From: Obrimoposthia wandeli
Taxonomy: Eukaryota
Reading direction: 5' to 3'
DNA length: 64,000 nucleotides
Assembly: GCA_977020255.1 (NCBI GenBank)
Contig: CDROCS010005890.1
Location: 1-64,000, forward strand
Below are positions 59,480-64,000 of the stretch, piece after piece. The stretch's first letter is position 1. Every line of letters starts with the position of its first letter. Below the pieces are notes generated by a model. It was not told where the DNA came from. It worked only from the letters and a program-made list of their open reading frames with translations, and did no database searches. The position numbers and the translations under genes were made by a program.

Positions 59480-60661
59480 ATGAAAAAGCTACCCTATTCT
59501 CTAGTGTTATTGCTGTCGATGACCGCATTTGCAAGCCATGCTGTTGCCACAACCATTGCTCAGCCAAAAGAGCTTTCAACTAAAGCTGAAAGCAAGATAA
59601 AGCTTGCGACAAATAAGCGTTTGCTTGCCCAAGATTTTAGTCGTCAGTATCGCAACATATCGACAGTATTACGTAATGAGATAACTGAATATAATCTTAA
59701 AATAGATATTGATCAGTTACAAAATTCACCGTTGATGAATTCAACTCAGCTGCAAAAAAGTGATTTAGCGATTAAATCAGCCAAAGGTTTGGCGCCGGTA
59801 TCTAAATCTCTGGTTGAACTGCGTCTGGCTGATAAATCCATGCTTGCGGGCTGGCAAGCAGGGCAATCGCCACTATTTGCTTTTGCTCCCGATGGCAATG
59901 ACGCGCATTGGGATTATATTGAGGCCTTTGATATCGATGGCAACATTGAATTGCTAGATGTTTATACTATGCCTGAACGTCCGGTTTTTGTGGTTGGTGT
60001 TGATAGCAAACGGGCGTTAGCTGAAGGTATTAAAGTGATGCGCTCTGTTTTTGCTCAAGCAAGCAAGAATAGCCATGGCGCGGTAGCTGCAACATTAGCC
60101 GATGTTTCGGCAAATACTGCTACAGCGGCAGATGATGGTAGCATTTCAACAACAGTGATCAAAACGATTCACTTGAATGACGATCAAGAACCTTGGATTT
60201 CAGGAAAAGCTGAGGTTTATGCGATAGTGAATGGGGTTAACCCGACCAGAGATGAACCTGTGTTGGATATCGTAGAAATGCCTTATTTAGATCATGAAGG
60301 CACGACCTATTCACCTAACCAAGTGGTTATTCATTGGCAGCGTTATCGTTGGACGGCAGCAGATATGATCTTAATGGAGCATGATGATGGCACAAATTAT
60401 AAAACCTTAGCGTCAGCTTTGCTTGAAGCGGCAACGGCTATCATGCGGCTGATCCCTGATCCCGCAGTACAGGGTTATGCCGTTATTCCACAGATAACTA
60501 ATGGTATTATTAGTGCTATGCCAGATGCTTGGTTCACTAATGATGATGACTATATCGATGTTTATTATACCTTGCTTGAAGGTCAGACTTACCATCATCA
60601 TTCAGGTGCTGGTGGTAACGCAACCACCACATTTGAGCCCTTGGTGATTGCCCCTCGTTAA
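59480..60661 (+). CDS. DUF3103-family exported protein
   Basis: Signal peptide; PLFAFAPDGND, IEAFD, DDQEPWISGKAEVYAIV, MPYLDHEG, LMEHDDGTNYK and TNDDDYIDVYY. Confidence 0.8.
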   Translation: MKKLPYSLVLLLSMTAFASHAVATTIAQPKELSTKAESKIKLATNKRLLAQDFSRQYRNISTVLRNEITEYNLKIDIDQLQNSPLMNSTQLQKSDLAIKSAKGLAPVSKSLVELRLADKSMLAGWQAGQSPLFAFAPDGNDAHWDYIEAFDIDGNIELLDVYTMPERPVFVVGVDSKRALAEGIKVMRSVFAQASKNSHGAVAATLADVSANTATAADDGSISTTVIKTIHLNDDQEPWISGKAEVYAIVNGVNPTRDEPVLDIVEMPYLDHEGTTYSPNQVVIHWQRYRWTAADMILMEHDDGTNYKTLASALLEAATAIMRLIPDPAVQGYAVIPQITNGIISAMPDAWFTNDDDYIDVYYTLLEGQTYHHHSGAGGNATTTFEPLVIAPR

Positions 60662-60689
60662 TCGTTGATAATCTGCACTAAAATGCGAT

Positions 60690-60722
60690 AAGCCCCTACT
60701 TTTATCTTAGGGGCTTTTTTTT
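60690..60722 (+). terminator. Intrinsic terminator
   Basis: AAGCCCCT...AGGGGCTT followed by a long T tract. Confidence 0.85.
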
Positions 60723-60771
60723 GCGCTATTTATGGCTCATGCTTAATTCAAGAAAAGAATTTGGACGATAA

Positions 60772-61357
60772 GTTGACCTATATCCCCCTACACAAGTAGC
60801 GACATTCAATCAGCATATCCCACAATTACCTCAACACATTAACTACTTAGTTAATGCCGTAGGATATTTCAAACCAAACAGCTTTCTTGAACATAACCAT
60901 GATATTTACAACCAATACATGGAGCTAAACCGAGCAACATTTTTATCTCACAAGCGGTGGCCAAAAATATGATCAAACATAACGGCGGCGCCATAGTAAA
61001 CATTGGATCTATGTGGGCGAAACAAGCAATAAAAGCGACGCTGTCATCAGCCTATTCAATGGCCAAAGCGGGTTTGCACGCCCTTACTCAGCACATGGCA
61101 ATGGAGTTAGCTGAATATAATATACGCGTTAAGCCGTTGCGCCTGCTGTGGTAAAAACGCCAATTTATCAATCCTTTATTGAGCCAAAAGATATCGACAG
61201 TGCACTAGCCGGTTTTGATGATTTTCATCCTATTGGTAGAATTGGTCAGGCTGACGATATTGCCAACACCATTAGTTTTTTACTGAGCGAGCAAGCTGAC
61301 TGGGTAACGGGGGCTATTTGGGACCATGATGGTGGTGTAATGGCCGGTAGAAATTAA
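60772..61357 (+). pseudogene. SDR-family oxidoreductase remnant (5'-truncated, two frameshifts)
   Basis: VDLY...INYLVNAVGYFKP / FISQAVAKNMIKHNGGAIVNIGS...AYSMAKAGL (YxxxK) / [10 protein letters not shown]...HPIGRIG...[12 protein letters not shown]. The N-terminal GxxxGxG is missing. Confidence 0.85.
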
Positions 61358-61543
61358 GTCCTATATAGTGTTAAAGTGATTTAAAACAAAGTGATGTGTT
61401 GCTGTCATCTAGCAACACATCGAAGCAAATCATGAACATGTAAAACAAATGTCATAAAAATGACCTACAGCATAGACATCATTAATTAAAACTATATTAC
61501 AAAGCCTATTGATGAGTAATAGCAATAAAACTAGCGAGGAAAT

Positions 61544-62245
61544 ATGAAAACAATTGGTCTTTTAGGTGGTATGAGCTGGGAAAGTACAGTGGGATATTAC
61601 CGAGCAATTAATGAAGGTGTTAGAGATGCTTTAGGTGGTCTCCATTCAGCAAAAATTGCCATGTACAGTGTTGATTTTGATGCCATAGAAAAATTACAGC
61701 ACGCTGGTGATTGGCAAGGCACGGCAACCATACTTGCTGATGCAGCCAAAAAAGTAGAACGAGCAGGCGCTGACTTTTTACTGATTTGTACCAACACCAT
61801 GCATAAAGTGGCGCCTCAAATAGCACAGGCGATTAATATTCCGTTACTGCATATAGCTGATGCGACAGCAGAGGTGCTAGTAGAAAAAGGCATTAAAACG
61901 GTCGGATTATTAGGCACCGCTTTTACTATGGAACAAGACTTTTATAAAGGCAGGTTAAAAGAAAGCCATGGTTTAAAAGTAATTGTGCCGGATGAAGCAG
62001 ATAGAAAAATCATTCATGATGTTATTTATCAAGAGCTTTGCCTTGGTAAGATACTGCCTGCTTCCAAAAAAGCATACCTCAGGGTTATTGCCGCTTTAGC
62101 TGAACAAGGTGCAGAGACGGTCATTCTCGGTTGTACTGAAATTGGCATGCTAGTCCAACAAACAGATACTAAAACTCCGCTGCTTGATACTACCTACATT
62201 CATGCTAAAAAAGCCGTTCAGTACGCTATAGCGATGGCAAAATAG
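61544..62245 (+). CDS. Aspartate/glutamate racemase family (YgeA/RacX-like)
   Basis: MKTIGLLGGMSWEST, LICTNTMH, GLLGTAFTME and ILGCTEI. Confidence 0.95.
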   Translation: MKTIGLLGGMSWESTVGYYRAINEGVRDALGGLHSAKIAMYSVDFDAIEKLQHAGDWQGTATILADAAKKVERAGADFLLICTNTMHKVAPQIAQAINIPLLHIADATAEVLVEKGIKTVGLLGTAFTMEQDFYKGRLKESHGLKVIVPDEADRKIIHDVIYQELCLGKILPASKKAYLRVIAALAEQGAETVILGCTEIGMLVQQTDTKTPLLDTTYIHAKKAVQYAIAMAK

Positions 62246-62425
62246 ATAGATAACATATTATTTTCTGGTAGATATAACCTACTGAACACAACTAGATAAT
62301 CAACACTAATAATTTAGTCTAGGCACAAGTTAGATCACTGAAAAGGAAGGTTATAGAATATTACTTGTTGTCTATTTTCGCTGCACTAATTTCTGCCAGC
62401 ACTTCACCTGTAGAAGAGCGTATAT

Positions 62426-62494
62426 ATTTAACAATAGCGCCATCGACACTAAGCAATTTGTTGGCAGTTCGGTTTCAAAGCGGCTTTGTTGGGG
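62426..62494 (-). other. Degenerate attC-like site at the 3' end of the 62475..62858 gene
   Basis: Minus strand CCCCAAC-AAAGC-CGC...GCG-CTATT-GTTAAAT (69 bp). The gene is preceded by GTTAGGG (62870-62864), whose complement CCCTAAC nearly equals the 3' CCCCAAC. Confidence 0.4.
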
Positions 62495-62858
62495 TAAGAC
62501 TAAGCCTAAGTAACCAAGCTAAAAATATAGCCATAAAAATAGCAAAAAAATCAACTAAGTATCCTTGGCCATTTAAGAAATCACCAAAGGAAAAAGAGAT
62601 CGTTATAGGCATAATGTTTGGAACTATATTATCGCCACCTACGCTTCGAACACTTTGAAATAAAAAGAAAAATAGCGAAACGAGTATGGCTCTCGGTTTC
62701 CTAAAGTAAGTCCCGTATGCTCCTAATGCCGGTATTAAGACAAAAAGTATAGCGCTTACTAACATACTTAAATTATTTTCAATATCGGTGTATATCGTTA
62801 TACCCAAACCAATCAGTGCGAATAGTAGCTGAATTGAAGTGGCAACTGTGAATCCCAT
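62475..62858 (-). CDS. Small membrane protein
   Basis: 127 aa with about 4 hydrophobic helices. Confidence 0.7.
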   Translation of the reverse strand: MGFTVATSIQLLFALIGLGITIYTDIENNLSMLVSAILFVLIPALGAYGTYFRKPRAILVSLFFFLFQSVRSVGGDNIVPNIMPITISFSFGDFLNGQGYLVDFFAIFMAIFLAWLLRLSLTPTKPL

Positions 62859-63161
62859 TTTATCCCTAACGAGCCTGTAGAATTAGCTGTTGTTAAAATT
62901 ATGATTAATCCAAATACTCTAACTGGATTATTTTCCTTTGACAATCAAAAACCGTTACCTGTTTGGCGATGTTAATTGATGTTGACAGTAATCACTTAAC
63001 GCATATTCGTGACCAATAGAAGCATAAAATGGTGTTCTAAACTCGGTTGTTATGTTCAATTAGTTAGAGTAAGTGTCAAACTACCCCTCAGGCTCACCCC
63101 ACTTGCACTTAGGGGCGCGCCCATATACAGCTTGTTCTTTTTATTGATAAAATTAACGCTT

Positions 63162-64000
63162 TTAACGGGAGTTCATTTGGCTCTCGAGTCTTTGAAGCCA
63201 CCTTTTAGCAAGAGAAGAATCTGCATCAATTGTCAGTGCTTTTTCGTACATGACCTTAGCATTTTCAAGCTGACCTTGAGTTTGGCGTAAAAGCCCCATG
63301 CCGAGATAAGCGTCCTTCTCTTCAGGATACACGGCTAAGGAATATTGAAAGATTTCTTCTGCGGCAATTAAGTTCTTACTTCTTATAGTGACAAAACCAA
63401 GGTCAAATATGACCGATATAGGTGTCTTGATTTCATACCCGTATCGTTTTGATAAGCTATCGAAATGTTGTATCACTTTATCCAACGATTCCAGATTTTC
63501 ACGGAAATTGAAGGGTTTAAAATCAGGATATAAGGCAAGAAGAAACTGTGTAAAATCCATTGCAGGCACATGACCCTGGTTCACCAATTCATCCACTTTA
63601 TAGGTAAAACGCTCTGATTTATGATCCGCTAAAACACCAGTGAATTCAGTAACGTCATTTGTTAATCCCTCATCATCACTGTAAATGATGTGTAGAAATC
63701 TGTTTTCCGAAAGCGTTTTTAACGGACCTGATTTTATTTTTTGTTGAAGCCCTGTCGACATGTTATAAAGAGACGGACTGCTTGCGAAGTAGCCATTAAA
63801 CAGAAGAGGGTTGTTGAGCAGCGTGTAAACAGTGAAAAAACCACTGTTAGAACCGCCAAAAAGGACTTTAAACGAAGCAGTCCGGTAGTTATTATCAACG
63901 TGCGGTATCAGCTCGGTCTCGAAAAAGTTAATATAATTATCTGGAATTGTTGTGTCTTGATTCTCCCTTGTTGGCAACAAAATACTATTTCCTTCGGGTA
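63162..64000 (-). CDS. Alpha/beta-hydrolase (putative esterase, IroE/Fes-like) with C-terminal TPRs; 5' end outside the window
   Basis: FFETELIPHVDNNYRT, LFGGSNSGFF (GxSxG-like), FNGYFASSPS and TPR-like AYLGMGLL...AKVMYEKAL. The frame stays open to base 64000. Confidence 0.85.
   Translation of the reverse strand, partial: PEGNSILLPTRENQDTTIPDNYINFFETELIPHVDNNYRTASFKVLFGGSNSGFFTVYTLLNNPLLFNGYFASSPSLYNMSTGLQQKIKSGPLKTLSENRFLHIIYSDDEGLTNDVTEFTGVLADHKSERFTYKVDELVNQGHVPAMDFTQFLLALYPDFKPFNFRENLESLDKVIQHFDSLSKRYGYEIKTPISVIFDLGFVTIRSKNLIAAEEIFQYSLAVYPEEKDAYLGMGLLRQTQGQLENAKVMYEKALTIDADSSLAKRWLQRLESQMNSR

Noticed and set aside
62365-63290. ORFs 62365..62658 (+) and 63009..63290 (+), and short minus-strand peptides at 62361-62470 and 62955-63050
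   Set aside because: They overlap better-supported genes or are too short and lack starts.
1-64000. tRNA, rRNA, riboswitch or prophage genes
   Set aside because: None recognised by eye. A tRNAscan-SE/Infernal run would be needed to exclude divergent ncRNAs.

Overview
This is an AT-rich gammaproteobacterial chromosome segment. Gene content and order are most consistent with Colwellia or a close Alteromonadales relative (inference from protein families, not from a search). From left to right the window holds: (1) the 3' end of an ISAs1-family IS that interrupts a secreted-protein gene; (2) an alpha-glucan utilisation locus with a multiply frameshifted TonB-dependent receptor, a flavin-dependent halogenase-family gene, a CGTase-like GH13 with CBM20, a neopullulanase-like GH13 and repeated LacI-type palindromes; (3) an accessory stretch with lgt, an RNase HI carrying an N-terminal hybrid-binding domain, yegD and several pseudogenes; (4) gcvR-bcp, then a heme d1 biosynthesis operon nirCFDLGHJEN with an FNR-type box but no nirS/nirM, then the conserved perM-bepA-yfgD-hda-purMN block; (5) a fatty-acid catabolism region with FadR boxes; (6) a decayed accessory tail of small genes, a fragment of a Y1/HUH (RAYT-like) transposase, an SDR pseudogene and one attC-like site. 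I found no rRNA, tRNA or CRISPR array. The most striking non-genic signal is a family of ERIC-like, TA-flanked miniature elements (8 copies or remnants in 64 kb) with modular interiors. The largest copy (12712-13259) carries a tandemly expanded array of hairpins with GGA in the loops, including three perfect CsrA/RsmE-type ACACGGAUGU sites, so it resembles a mobile CsrB-like sRNA. That functional reading is a hypothesis.
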